Of a DNA stretch of 37,156 nt, positions 10,013 through 22,280 are shown one piece after another. The DNA is from Octopus sinensis (Eukaryota): NCBI RefSeq assembly GCF_006345805.1, contig NW_021836828.1, forward strand, positions 1-37,156, written 5' to 3'. The notes beneath the pieces are model-generated. The model saw only the letters and a list, made by a program, of their open reading frames with translations. It was not told the origin of the DNA and did not search any database. Both the position numbers and the translations under genes were made by a program. The number at the start of each line of letters is the position of its first letter. Position 1 is the first letter of the stretch.

Positions 10013-11099
10013 AAGTATGGCAAAAAGAAATTAACAGGTACAGCATGTGTGTATGTGTGTGTACGCGCGCACCTTGACATCATATGTTAATTGTAAACAA
10101 GTTTCACTGTCATACAAGTTACGTCGTTTATTTGCAATCTTCCATGCAGATATATTTGGCCTTTGTGCTGTTCATGTCCACAGGACTAGTTGAAATATTT
10201 ACCTTGCTTGGAAGCAGGAGAGGATTTGTGAGAGGAAGAGTACCCACGAGTAGAAAATTCTACATCAACAGATTTCGTCTGGCCCCTGCAAGCAAGGAAA
10301 AGAGTTAGTGTTAAAATGATGATGGTGATGATAATGATGGCCCATTATAATTACAACTAAGAATGTTTCATAGATTTTTTCTTAAATCTAACAATAACAA
10401 ATTCATGAATCTAACAAATTAACAAAGACATAAATTAGAGAATAGACTGCACATTTTCAAGAATCTATAGTTGTTGGCGTTGATAAAATATTCTCAGCCC
10501 GATTTTCATAATAATTCCTGATATCAACATTTTCAATTTTAATTACAAGGTAGTATTCTACCATGGCTACAGTCCAGTAACTGAAACAATTAAAAGATAA
10601 AAAATTGGAACAAAACGAAAAAAATCGAGGAGAAAAGTACATGTTGATGTTACTTCATTTTATTGCCCCTGGAGGGCTAAAAGGTAAAGTTGACTATGTA
10701 CAGATTTGAACTTAAGGAACTGTAATTAAATGTTGCAAGACATTCAACACTTCTGCCAATCAATCAACCTTTAATGCTGAATGTAAAAGAAACTTTCTTG
10801 ACCTTTGTGAAATAGCTGGAATTCTCCAGTTTCCAAGAAGAAATAGTGTTTTCTTTATGCATAGAGATAATTGCTTTAGTGCAGATACTTGGAAGGCTGT
10901 ATCAGTGATCTAGTAACTCAGTGATTCAGGTTCAGTTCCTGGAAGCTTCACTATCCTACACACACACACACACTCACACAATGTAAAAACACATACATAC
11001 AAACATACACACACACCTACACATATATACATACATTCACACACACACACACACACATATATATGCAGATAGATAGAAAAATAATGTACTACATACTTC

Positions 11100-11245
11100 C
11101 TCACAGCTTCTGTATGACAAATCGTATGCCAAATGCATCCAGTCCAGAACTATAGCAGAAGATACATATCCAAGGTACCATGTAGCGGGACTGAATGCAA
11201 AGCCACATGGTTAGGAAGCGCACTTGTTAACCACTCAGCCATTCT
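11100..11245 (-). mobile_element. SINE family B, degenerate
   Basis: 'ctatagcagaagatacatatccaaggtaccatgtagcgggactgaa...ccacatggttaggaagc'. Confidence 0.65.
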
Positions 11246-11937
11246 TGTATCTATAAACATACTTGTTTACATGCATCCATCCATTCATTCATCCATATCA
11301 TCATCATCATCACCACCACCACAATGTCAGAATTAACACGTAATACATATACACATAAATGTATGAATGTACATATACAGTTTGCTGAGTTTTATCTGTT
11401 TTAACATATAATACAACCCAATGTACCAAAAGGTGACACTTGGAGCACCACTGGGGAAGTTTCAGCTGCCATTAAATTACATATCACTCTACATTTTGTA
11501 TTAAGGACAATCCTTGTGCGTGATACACTAACGTGTATTTACTCATATAAATATATTGGTCATGTTGTCTCAAGCAGAGACAAGTTATAGAGGTGAGAAT
11601 TCTCTTGAATCTTGAAGAATACATGATGACTCTGCTTGTGCAGGTACCATGAGAAAATATACCCAGTACACTCTGTGGAGTAGTTGGAATTAGGAAGGGC
11701 ATGAAGCTGTAGAATTTATGCCAAAGTAAAATGTAACAAGTGCAACGTGCTTCACACACATACATACACACAAACACACCAAGAGACACACACACACTTT
11801 TGTGACCTATTTCAAATCAATACATTTCTTATTTTATGTCAGTATGGAAAGCAGACATAAAATGATGATGACGAAAGGTAACTAAGTGCTTATTTAAACT
11901 GAACACTCATGAGGTACAGTCATTGATATATGTTTAA

Positions 11938-12159
11938 CCCTTTAACATCCAGATTACTCTGTCAAATGTAGTTCTTGTTCATACTGACATTGTTTTGAAT
12001 TGATCATGAATTATCTTATAGCTTTGAGATTTCAATGAGATGACTGCTTAGTTTTAGAACAGCATTACTGGGTAGGTGTGAAAGGTGGAATCAAACCAGT
12101 TTCAACATAAAACAAGCAGAATATTTAGACAGTATATGGCTGGTTTATATACTAAAAGG
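11938..12159 (+). mobile_element. piggyBac-like MITE (family P2)
   Basis: TTAA-CCCTTTA ... TAAAAGG-TTAA; colinear with 33471-33689. Confidence 0.7.
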
Positions 12160-12516
12160 TTAAGAAATTTACTTTACAACTCAACCACGTGACTTCTTGT
12201 TGCATTCTAGACTGTGACACCCAGAAGTAATTTCTACCATATCTTCAGGTTGCCCAAAGACTTGTGGATGAAATTTGGTAGAAACTTTGAGAAAAATCTA
12301 TCTGGAGGGACTGTATGTCTTCCTGGATGGTAGAATTAATCTGTCTCCCTTGTGTCCCATTCTCTGTGGAAAACATCCACACCAAGCCTTTGGCCTGCAA
12401 TTAACTCATCACACCAGGTTTCATCTGTCCATTTCCTTGCTGGTTTTGGAAGCCTTGCAAAAGATTATGGTTGTTGATTTTTTTTCCCCCTCCTCCCACC
12501 ACTGTCATAAGAAACA

Positions 12517-12851
12517 TAAAGGGTAAAGACCCCCTTCGGTCATGAATGACCATGGGATTGCACCTAGAAAGTTACCCTCCTAGACACAAGTCCGGGCAAG
12601 GTTGTTTATGGAAGACCAGCAGTCGCCCATGCATACCGGCCTCCCCTCTCCACGCCACCAGTGTTATCCAAGGGAAAGACAAAGTTCGATACAGCTTGGC
12701 ACCAGTGACGTCGCAACTCATTTCTACAGCTGAGTGAACTGGAGCAACGTGAAATAAAGTGCCTTGCTCGAGAACACAACACGCAGCCCGGTCCGGGATT
12801 CGAGCTCACAACCTCACGATCGTAAGCTCGATGCTCTAACCACTGAGCCAT
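12517..12851 (-). mobile_element. young tRNA-derived SINE (family D) with conserved central domain
   Basis: Minus strand: A box TGGCTCAGTGGTTAGAGC, B-box-like GAGCTCGAATCCCGG, then 'gtgttctcgagcaaggcactttatttcacgttgctccagttcactcagctgtagaaatgag' (CORE/Nin/Meta-like); CpGs retained. Confidence 0.85.
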
Positions 12852-13199
12852 ATTTCCATCAATACTGTGTTGAAATATGTGGGCAAATTCTAGCACATTC
12901 TATATAGGTGATGGTGGTGAATTAAACCCCATCCCTAGATTCAGTCCTGATCCAGTGGATATACTTTCAAAGATGTTCCAACAGCGGCCTTACCGTTCGT
13001 TCCTTTTCTTTTCTGACACAGTGTATCATTATCTAAAGTGTCTTATTTTTAAAACGGTAGGAAGTGATGGGAAGAATATTTGACAATTATATTTCACAGG
13101 TCAAATAGACCACATAGAGACTCCATCAAGATAGATATATCCTGCAGTTCTTACGGTCATGTGGAGTATTATCACGTTCCTATCGCTTCTTAAGGAGTC

Positions 13200-14700
13200 T
13201 CTTTACACCCACGTTTTGTATTCCCCCCCACTCTTTCTCTTTCCCCGTCTCATAAGAGGTTGTTTTTCTCAGTTTTGGCCACTTGTTCTGTATATTGATT
13301 TTTGTTGCAGATGTTTATTAGATGATGTCTAACTATATATATGTGCGTGCGTGTTTGTATATTATATATGTAGGTGCGATGCAAATAGTGAGAAACAGTC
13401 TCTCATAGCATTCCCCGACATCATCTACGTTACCATTCTCTCTCATTCCACCATAACACGATGATATCATTCCTATACTACATTCTTTTCCTTTTTTTAT
13501 CATCTTTATTTGTTCTTTCTTTATGACTTTCTCCGTATTTATTTCTAACTTTTCCTATTCTTTTTTCCTACGTCATTTTCCTTCACCCCCTCCCTGCGTT
13601 CTTAAAAAAAAAATTTTTTTTTTTTCTCTCTTCCTTTCACGATTTAGTCATCTTGAAATGATTCACATTTCTTGTCCAGCTCTGATAATCCTCACTTACA
13701 GATTTACATATTAATTCATTAATTCTAATCCAAACGAATAACCATTCTAAATTTAAACCACCTAAATCCCCTTTTCTCTTCCGTATTATTTTGCTTGCTT
13801 CCCCATCTTCCCCCCCAGTTCTCATCTATTTTACTCTTCTCTAACTCCCGCTATCAGCCATCACTCATTCCTCTCCAATATATTCTTCCACTCTCGTACT
13901 TTTATCACTCGATCACTCTCTGGCGCTGCCCCTCTCTTAGTCACTCTATATCTTTCTCCTAAAAATACTAATAATCTACTTTCATTTACATTCGCCCTTC
14001 TCTAAACACTTCACTCTGCCTACTCCTCCACCGAGTCCACTCTTACCCTCCCTCTAGTTCTAGTTCACATTATACTGCCATGCCCGCAGAACACGTTATT
14101 TTCACTCCCTTTCATTATGTGGCTTCCTCGTACAGTCACTCTGAACACGTTACTTTCACTCTCATATACTAATTGCTACCACCTCCGTACACTCTACTCT
14201 TCCTTATCTTGAACCGTCTGCTCTTACTTATTTTCTGAATAATTTACTTTCACTCCCATGATTAAATGTAATTTCTTCACACACTCCTCTCACTACTTAT
14301 TTCTGTTTGTAATTATACTTGCTTTTCTATACAAATTTACTCTGCCTTCTACAATGAACACTTCTCACTATTTCTCTCTATACATTCTCCTCTAGTCCCT
14401 CTCTCTATTTACTCTGACTTCCTTCTCTCACTACTTATTTCTTTATTCGCTTTCTACTCTTCCTTCTATTATAAACACTCCTTTTTCAATGTGTTCCTCA
14501 TCTTCCAAAGTACAGTGTAGTCTTTCTTCCGCCCCTCTGACTCTGTCTAGACTCTCTCTTTCTCTCCCCCTCTCTCTGTCTCTCGTACATTACTCTTCCT
14601 TCCGCTCTAAACATTCCCCCCTCACTCCTTCTATATTTTACTGTGTTCCATAAAACGCTACTTAACCCCATTCATGTCCTCTCATTTCCATTCTATTTAC
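13200..14700. repeat. pyrimidine-rich cryptic low-complexity region
   Basis: C/T-dominated plus strand with recurring cactct/tactct/ttcact words. Confidence 0.7.
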
Positions 14701-15027
14701 TCTGAAAAGCTGTATTCATCAAGTGTCTGTTTAGATGAACATGATTAAACTCCATGCAACAAGATCAATACGTTTTAAAGAGTTGAACCTGACTAGAGCC
14801 ATTTGGGAATTACAACGTATTTATATATCTGAAGGTGAAAGGACCATAGATACAAGTAAATTCCAGGAAAGGAATATTCGAATAACAAAATTTTTAGTCA
14901 ATATTTATTACTGGCTTGGATTGAATAGATTTACATGAATATGATTTCTGATATTCATTACAAACATAAACATACACGTGTACACCTGTGTGTTCTGTTA
15001 GATGTGTGTACATATATATACACATAT

Positions 15028-15345
15028 ATGGCTGTATGGTAAGAAGTTTATTTCCCAACCACATGGTTCTGGGTTCAGCCCAACTGCATGGCACCTTAGG
15101 TGGATCTCTTCTACTATAGCCACAGGCCGACCAAATCCTACTGAGTGGATTTGGTAGACGGAAACTGAAAGAAGTCCGTGTTTATACATACATACATACA
15201 TATATATACACACACATTGTGTGTCTGTGTTTGTTCCCCCCCCCCTTGATAACCTGTGTTTATGTCCCCGTAAAATAGCGGTTCGGCAAAAGATACTGAT
15301 AGAATCAGGCTTAAAAAGAAAACATATTGATAGTGATAGACCTTA
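15028..15345 (+). mobile_element. SINE family B
   Basis: Head, body, internal (TA)/(CA) tract and tail 'gttcggcaaaagatactgatagaat'. Confidence 0.8.
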
Positions 15346-15366
15346 GAAGTTATGGGTTGAGCTCTT

Positions 15367-15523
15367 CAGGGCCGGTCCAAGGAATTTTTCGAAAGGAGCG
15401 CACAAGGTCAGAAGGGAAATAATTCCAGGAGAAAAGGACGTAATAGTATTATTTAGAAGGACGCATTTCTTTTCTTGAGGGCCTCACATACCCCTTAGAC
15501 ACCCTCCTTTGGGCCCGCCCCTG
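15367..15523. mobile_element. small TIR element (hAT-like CAGGG termini)
   Basis: Left CAGGGCCGGTCCAA vs right-end reverse complement CAGGGGCGGGCCCAA; no TSD recognisable. Confidence 0.45.
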
Positions 15524-15574
15524 CTGTCAATGTCTCAATAAAATGTATACTTTACAAAACTGCGTTTTCCAAAT

Positions 15575-16375
15575 GAGGGCTCACCATGGTCTTCCGAGAT
15601 CTACAATGGGCACATACATGCGCACACACACACACACACACATATACACACGCGCGCGCAAATGGTGGCTGATGGATACTTCACAAGTTCCTCCACGGCT
15701 GCTGGATCCATTGATTTGAGCTGGTTTAAGAGGCGTTTGAAGTCTTGTCCAGCACATCCTCATTTTTCACTGATTTTTCTGGTATCGTGAAATAAATTGT
15801 GGATATACGGAAAATTATGTACGTCATCCAAAACCTGCAGGTTTTGGATATGTTGAGAGCGTTTGCAATCCACCATTAACGTTCCAAGGGTATGAAGGAT
15901 GAATTAAGCCTCACTCCGAATGTGAATTCGCCATTGCATTTTTAGAATGTGTGAAGGGGAATTGTACAGTTATTTCGTGGGCCTTGTACATAACATTCAG
16001 GGGTTTATCGATTGTGTTGAAGTCCTCATCGAACCAATCTTGATGCTTTTTTGCTTTCAATCCGATGCTTTTAACATCTTCATCACCAACAGCAACAGAG
16101 AGAGAGAGAGAGGAAGAAATGTGTGTGTGTGTGGAATCGAGGGAAGACTCTGTCATTTATGTCATTTCCCGAAGTGACGAGTGCTTTTGGAGCTTTCTCT
16201 TCAACAGGTAGAGGGTGACAAGATTTTAGAAACATTAGAACTGTTGAGCTTGCAGTAATGAGGCCTCTTTATATTTGACACTCTCGAGGACTGTAAGGAT
16301 TGCACATGCAACGTAATCTCTCTTAATAACGTGATGGTCTGTCTAACACTCAGCTCCCGCCTCATTACGCTGGGA
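15575..16375 (-). pseudogene. internal fragment of an RTE (BovB-like) LINE, endonuclease end plus linker
   Basis: Minus-strand pieces ..AEC*TDHHV.. (APE C-terminal T/SDH motif), GLKAKKHQDWFDEDFNTIDKPLNVMYKAH, QDFKRLLNQLKSMDPAAVEEL follow RTE ORF order; interrupted by microsatellites. Confidence 0.75.
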
Positions 16376-17070
16376 TGGAGGATTGAACATGTTTAAGTTT
16401 TAAAAACCTAACTATGAATATAGTTGGTGTGATACCAGAGTTTGAACCTGGTATGCATTCACACACTCTTGTGAATGCTCCAATTCGAGAACATGATATT
16501 AGTGCTGGTAAGATTGTGTTCCTCACACAAAAGAAATTTAAGATATTGCTGTTAGTTTTCACAACTCATGGGTTCACCGAGAATTATAAACACACATACA
16601 AATACATACACGGTTTGGATAAAAGCGGTAGAATAAATACTAGATTTAAAAACAAATAAATAACGAGGGTCGATCAAGCCGGTACCCTAGCATAGCCGCA
16701 GTCCAGTGAGTGAAACATGTAAAGGATAAAACATTAATAGTGTTCTATTTACAATTATTGTTTTTTGTTGCGTATGTAGTTGCACAAATTTTTAGTTGTT
16801 TTTCTTATCCATTATTTTCTGTTCCTCATCTCAGTAGCTCTTACATGGCACCAAAATGTACTGCGTGTGTGTGAAAACAGAAACTGCTGTCGGTGATATT
16901 TTATATGTATTGTACGTGTATGCTCATATTTGTGCAAATGTTCGTGCTCGTGTATGTATATATTAGTGGTGTGTGTGTGTGTAAGTGCGTGTGCGAGTTT
17001 GCTTAACTACAAAACCACAATGTATAAAAGTTTTTAGATTTGGCTCCGAAACCCAACAATGCAATCATTG

Positions 17071-17108
<38 letters not shown>

Positions 17109-17504
17109 CTGTCCCTTTCCCTCACTGTGATGCACACACACACACACTCAAGCTCATGATGTGATAAAAGATATTCACGGATCGTTTTCCTTTCTTTTTT
17201 TCAATTGTCGTAAACTGTTGTCAAGGCACATTAATCACATTATTACAACAGTTTATCATAAAACATAAATGTAGGTCATCTTATTTACACATTCACTCAG
17301 TTCCCTCTTAAGAAAAATAATTCTTTGTTGTTCAAATTGAAAACTAGTCAAGAGGAAGTAAATAGCCATAGAGTCATAATTTAAAGTCGGTATAAAAAAA
17401 GAATGTAAGGGGACTTACTGGTGTCATTTCAATGAGTGTGGAGTGAAATTCAATGATGTTAGACTTTAGCCCTCCATAATCAAGCAGACAGACTTATGAT
17501 TAAA

Positions 17505-17760
17505 TGTGAAAGTGCGTGGTTTAATATCTAGGGTGTTGCACTCACCAGCGCAAGATATTGGTTTCGATTTCCGGACCTAGAGCAAAAACATTTCATTTCG
17601 CGTTCCTCTGACATCACTTCGACGTGTGGCAGACCGTACACCTGTACGGGCAATGTCGATTTGATGGAGGGAGTGAGCTTACATTTGATCATTATGGACA
17701 GATCATTATAGGTTGTTCGAGAAGAAATTTGGGACCCTCACCTGTCGTTTATTCGTTTAA
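17505..17760 (+). mobile_element. degenerate family D-type SINE
   Basis: tRNA-like head 'gcgtggtttaatatctagggtgttgcactcac...ggtttcgatttccggacc' plus a remnant of the central domain. Confidence 0.5.
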
Positions 17761-17949
17761 TAGAGGAGAATCCACCATAATCGAATGCAGCCCACTCGTG
17801 ATCATCACGTACACACACACACACATATATATATACATATTTGTAAGCACTAGCTAGACTCCCATTGTCCACTTTTTCCTTAAAGGCAATAGGGTAAAGT
17901 TTTAGAGAAATTTGGCAGTTTTTCTAGCAGGGAAAGCGATCGCTTACAG

Positions 17950-18228
17950 AAGTGCTACTCAGAGTGGTGATCCGCGAGCCGTCAGTCGCCGGTATGCGGC
18001 GATTTCCCGGAAAAGAAAGAAACATAAAATGTTTATGTAATATTGCATTATTTGTTTACAAAATAAATATAAGATTTAAAAAAATCTGTCAACTTTTATT
18101 ATATTCATTATATATATATTGTTTCCGGTATGAACTAACATTACTAAGGAATATTACCGGTCCCTGGCACATTGGTGGTGGTGGCGCGGGACTGCTGGTA
18201 CGCATATCAGATAATTTGAGAAGCACTG
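17950..18228. mobile_element. hAT/Charlie-like MITE
   Basis: TIRs (a)AGTGCTACTCA ... TGAGAAGCACTG; degenerate 8-bp flanks gcttacag / gcttagat (6/8). Confidence 0.65.
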
Positions 18229-18444
18229 GCTTAGATGATATCTCGCTAGCGTGGGTATTCCATTCCTCCTGCCAGGTAATTGGTTCGAACCCGTGTCAGA
18301 ATTTAACAACGTCATAGTTCACACAACAGTGATTGACTAATTGTTTTATTGGTATTTATTGTGATTGGTTCCACAGAGGAATCAAAGAATAATCACATGC
18401 AAGATTTGATCACGAAAGGGAATATATGACACTAATATATCTTT

Positions 18445-18823
18445 TATCATTTGCTTCTTTCAGCCACTAGATTGTGGCCACGCTTAGAGCTTCAACCTGA
18501 AGGTTTTGGTCGAACAAATCAACCCCACTACTTATTTTTTAATTACTAAATTTGGCACTTATTCTATCGGTCTCATTTTGCTGAACAACTACATCATAAA
18601 GACATAAAAAGACCAACATCGGTTGTCAAGCGTTGAGAAGGGAATAACACAAATACACACACATATACGACGAGATTCTTTCAGTTTCCGTCTACTAATC
18701 CACTCATAGGGTTTTGTTTGGCCCGAGGCTGTAATGCGTAATGCTTGCCCAAGGTGATATGCAGTAGGACTGAACCTAAAACCATGTGGTTAGGAAGCAA
18801 ACTTCTTACCACATAGCCACGCC
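18445..18823 (-). mobile_element. full-length SINE family B
   Basis: Reverse complement of head, body and tail as seen at 34247-34650. Confidence 0.85.
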
Positions 18824-19834
18824 TTGCATTTCAATCCAACAACGTTTAGGCTTTCTGCCAGCCAGCAACTGTTTCTCCTAAGTAACATTGATAAACAATT
18901 TTGTTGCCAATGCCTACATTCAGCATAGAAACTTCCTCCTGTGTTCATCAACCAGAGATTGGGAAAAAACAAAAGAACTTTCTGGGGGTTGCAAATAACA
19001 ATGAAATCCAAGTGTAATTATGCACCTCCTGTTACTTTCTCCCTCTGAGCTGTGGTGAACCGTACACTCACCCATTGAGATTCTGCTCGCTATCCAAATC
19101 TGATCAGATTTGATGTTCATGATTACGTGTATAAAATAATATGCGTATGTATGTATGTGCTTTTAGTGACTCTTGTGTGTTTTCGTTATAAAAAGAAAGA
19201 GCAAACGTTTTAATCTTATCTAAAATGCTTTAACAATTTATTCATGATAATGTACAAGAAATATATCTTAAAAAAACGTTATCTGGTGAAGATGTATTTT
19301 TGTTTTGTTAGTCTCACTCTTTCTCTTTCCGCGTGTGCGTATGTGTGAGTGAGTGTGTATGAGAGAGAGAGAAGGTGAAGAAAGAGATAGAGGTGGGAGT
19401 GGGTGGGCTCCATTACGTGCTTATCTCCACTCTATGATCGTTTTATGAAAATAGGCGTATTCAACTGTATACACGTTATCTATGTAAAAGTGTGTGTATG
19501 TGTGTGTGAGTCAATAATTGGTGTTCGTATGAAGGCCTTTGGCAACCTGTGTACGTACGAGAGGGTGTGATTGTATCTTCCTAAACTCGTGTCTCAATTA
19601 GAATAAGTAGAATGGTGTGCTCATAACACGCTTCAACGCTCAGAGAATAGTTTAATTTCTTTTCTCCCTTCATTTTCTCTTTCTTTTAATCTTTTTTTCC
19701 CGCCGTTAACTGGCAGCTATTGTATTGTAAATAGGGGCTTTATCCAAAGGGTGCAAGACGATAGGCGATTACTGGTGATTAGAATGCCAGTTAATCTTAG
19801 ATTTATTGGAAAGATGAGCTAACCACAGCAAGTC

Positions 19835-19921
19835 TCTCTGTTGCGAACCCGTCACTGCCAACAGAGATGGGTTCGCAAGCAGAGAACCTATCTTTGTTGT
19901 CTTTTGACAGAGATAGGTTCT
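19835..19921. repeat. two adjacent related hairpins (alternating inverted 14-bp motif)
   Basis: Stem 1 19835-19885 and stem 2 19883-19921; both right arms contain ACAGAGATRGGTTC. Confidence 0.8.
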
Positions 19922-20051
19922 TTTATCTCTTACTTTTTCCAGTCGTAGGATTGCGGTCATAATGGGGCACGGCCTGAAGGGTTGCTAGTTTACAGGGACG
20001 TAATATGAAAACTACAAGTAGGGTTCACACTTACATAAATATAGAGAATAA

Positions 20052-20338
20052 CATGGCACTCCGACGGTTATGACGGCGAGTGTTGCAGTTGATCCAATCA
20101 ACGGAACAGTCTTGCGTACTCTTAAAGTAGTTCTCAGGAAGATTCAGTGGGACACAGAATTCGATAAGGCTGGCCCTTTGAATTACAGGTACAACTCATT
20201 TTTGCAGCTGAGTGGACTGGAACAACATGGAAAAAAAAAAAAAATGTCTTTCTCAAGGACACATCACGCCATCGAGTATCGAACTCACAACCCTTCGATC
20301 GCGAGCCAAATACTCGAATCACTTGGCTACACGCCTTC
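20052..20338 (-). mobile_element. family D-type SINE with a different tail
   Basis: Shares head and central domain ('caactcatttttgcagctgagtggactggaacaac...tcaaggacaca') with 12517-12851; the tail differs. Confidence 0.75.
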
Positions 20339-20516
20339 AGTGTAGAGAACACCCCGTTATTGAATACATGCATAAACATCAGCAGAAGGGATATTGGTGG
20401 AACATTTCCATCAAAACTTCTTTCTATCAAGTGGAAACACAACAAACCCGGTATTCTTGTTTGAAGTAGACAAGAAAAAGTATGCACTGTCATAGAGGTC
20501 AGCTATTTTATTTGAA

Positions 20517-20935
20517 GGCAATCTTTCGTCTCTAGTAGACCTTTCCGTCGATTTCCGTAAAAATTTTTTTTTTTTTACATATGGGCTTGCGGGAACTTTT
20601 GAAGTAATGAGAGCGAAATAGACTAAGAGAAAGCTATTGTATGACGAGGGAAGTTCTTTTGAAGTTACCGTCCAGGGGAAGCATTGATGTACATGTGTGT
20701 GTGTGTGTTTGATGGGGTGTGGGAGACAGACAGTATGTTGTGTAAGTGAAGTGCTTCTGTTAGTGTGTGTGAAGAGACAGAGTAATGTGTGAAAGAAAGA
20801 GATAACTGAAATTTTTTACTCGGTGTATGTGTATATGTATGTATATTACTTCAAAAGTTCCCGCAAGCCCATATGTAAAAAAAAAAAAATTTTACGGAAA
20901 TCGACGGAAAGGTCTACTAGAGACGAAAGATCGCC
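20517..20935. mobile_element. Merlin-like MITE, ~91-bp TIRs, 8-bp TSD
   Basis: TIRs 20517-20608 and 20845-20935 are near perfect and begin GGC(A/G)A; perfect TSD TATTTGAA at 20509-20516 and 20936-20943. The superfamily call rests on GG termini plus the 8-bp TSD. Confidence 0.85.
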
Positions 20936-20989
20936 TATTTGAAAATTAAAGAGAAAGGCGGTAACTATAAACAACTGGATTAAAATTTT

Positions 20990-21640
20990 CAGGTCGTATA
21001 TCCAGATTATAAATTCACGTTTATATTGATGGGAATTGTTGCAGTTCGTGTTGTCATTAAATGCCTAAGTGACAATCTGGATAAGCAAGAATTTTCAGGA
21101 AAAGAAACACCCACGTTACAAATGTAATCCGTTAGTGGAACAGTAAACATGTGCAAGATTTGTCTCAAGTTCAATATCCGACATTGTTTTTGATATCTAT
21201 ATTCCAACGACGGAGCTTTGTATCTTTGTTATTAACCAGCTTATAGAACACACATACACACACGCATGCAGCTTGTAGTGCTAATTATGGTATATTTAAA
21301 ATAACAATTGGCAGTGACAAAAGGATTTTTATATAGATTTACTGTATACATTTTTAAGAGGTGTAGATGGTGAAACACCAAATTGAAAACTTGGAACCTG
21401 ATAGATTGAAGACGACTAATAGAAAGGACTTTACGTTGGCTGGAAACGTTATTTCCAGATCCATTATTATTGAACAGGCTTATCATTAAAACCTTCCAGA
21501 CACGACCATCGCGATACACAGATATTGTTTTGAGCTGAGTGGGGGATGTTAGATTCCCTTGTTCGAAAACATAAGGACACAGATCGTGTCGTATAGCCAG
21601 CTGGAGATGATGTCTCCTGGGGCTAAATTACAGCAACATT
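20990..21640 (+). pseudogene. highly decayed 3' part of an RTE-like LINE (tentative)
   Basis: Fragments LNA*VTIWISKNFQEKKHPRY and TTNRKDFTLAGNV / RPSRYTDIVL echo post-RT RTE motifs (IW.SK.I, LAGHV, RP..Y.D) in the expected order. Confidence 0.4.
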
Positions 21641-21764
21641 TGTCCTAAACCAAGACTGTCATGTTATGTTGGCGAATAATCGTTACTCCAAAGTACTGTT
21701 GCTGAATATCTCTCTTTGTGAGATTTACAAATAGTAATTTTCTAACGTCTCTTTCTATTTTATA

Positions 21765-22280
21765 CTAGCAGTATCGCCCGGCGTTGCTCGGGTTTGTAAG
21801 GGAAATAACTATATAAGCATTTTTAGAGAGTTACTTCCTTTATAGATGCCAATTCGGGCTTTCTTAGCCATTTCTGTTTTGGTGTCTTCAAGCCATGAAG
21901 TCGTTGTTCTAAAAGAACGCTGGTCTCCTTGACAACGCATTACGACGTTGATTTCCTTAAACTCCCTTCCCCACAGCTTCACGAGGGAGGGAAGAAGGGG
22001 GAGAAGCAAACACAGGTGCAGGTGTTTGAGCGTGGACGCCAACTCCACCGCATCGACACACGAAAAATTATGCATTAAAATGGAATAAAAAATGATGTTA
22101 AATTATTTTTAAAATCGTAGACTCATCGTAGACGCGCGCTAATAGCCAGACGGGCTCGATATTAATCACGACTATAAGATACCCGAATTTGGTTAAACTC
22201 CACCGCAAAATGTGGGAGGAGTTAGGAATCTAAATCGTAGGAGACAGACACTCACACAACTACAGTTTTATATATATAGA
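21765..22280 (-). mobile_element. non-autonomous Helitron, 516 bp
   Basis: Minus strand begins TCTATATATATAAAA (22280) and ends CTAG (21765). GC-rich hairpin CCCGAGCAACGCCGGG (21792-21777) sits 8 nt before CTAG. Inserted between A and T, no TSD. Confidence 0.92.

Noticed and set aside
12780-12851. tRNA gene
   Set aside because: The tRNA-like A/B boxes continue straight into a SINE central domain and tail; no complete acceptor stem or Pol III terminator.
17952-18317. 121-aa ORF
   Set aside because: Runs through a hAT-like MITE from a GTG start; no transposase motifs.
21809-22075. 88-aa ORF inside the Helitron as Rep/helicase
   Set aside because: No HUH or helicase motifs and far too short.
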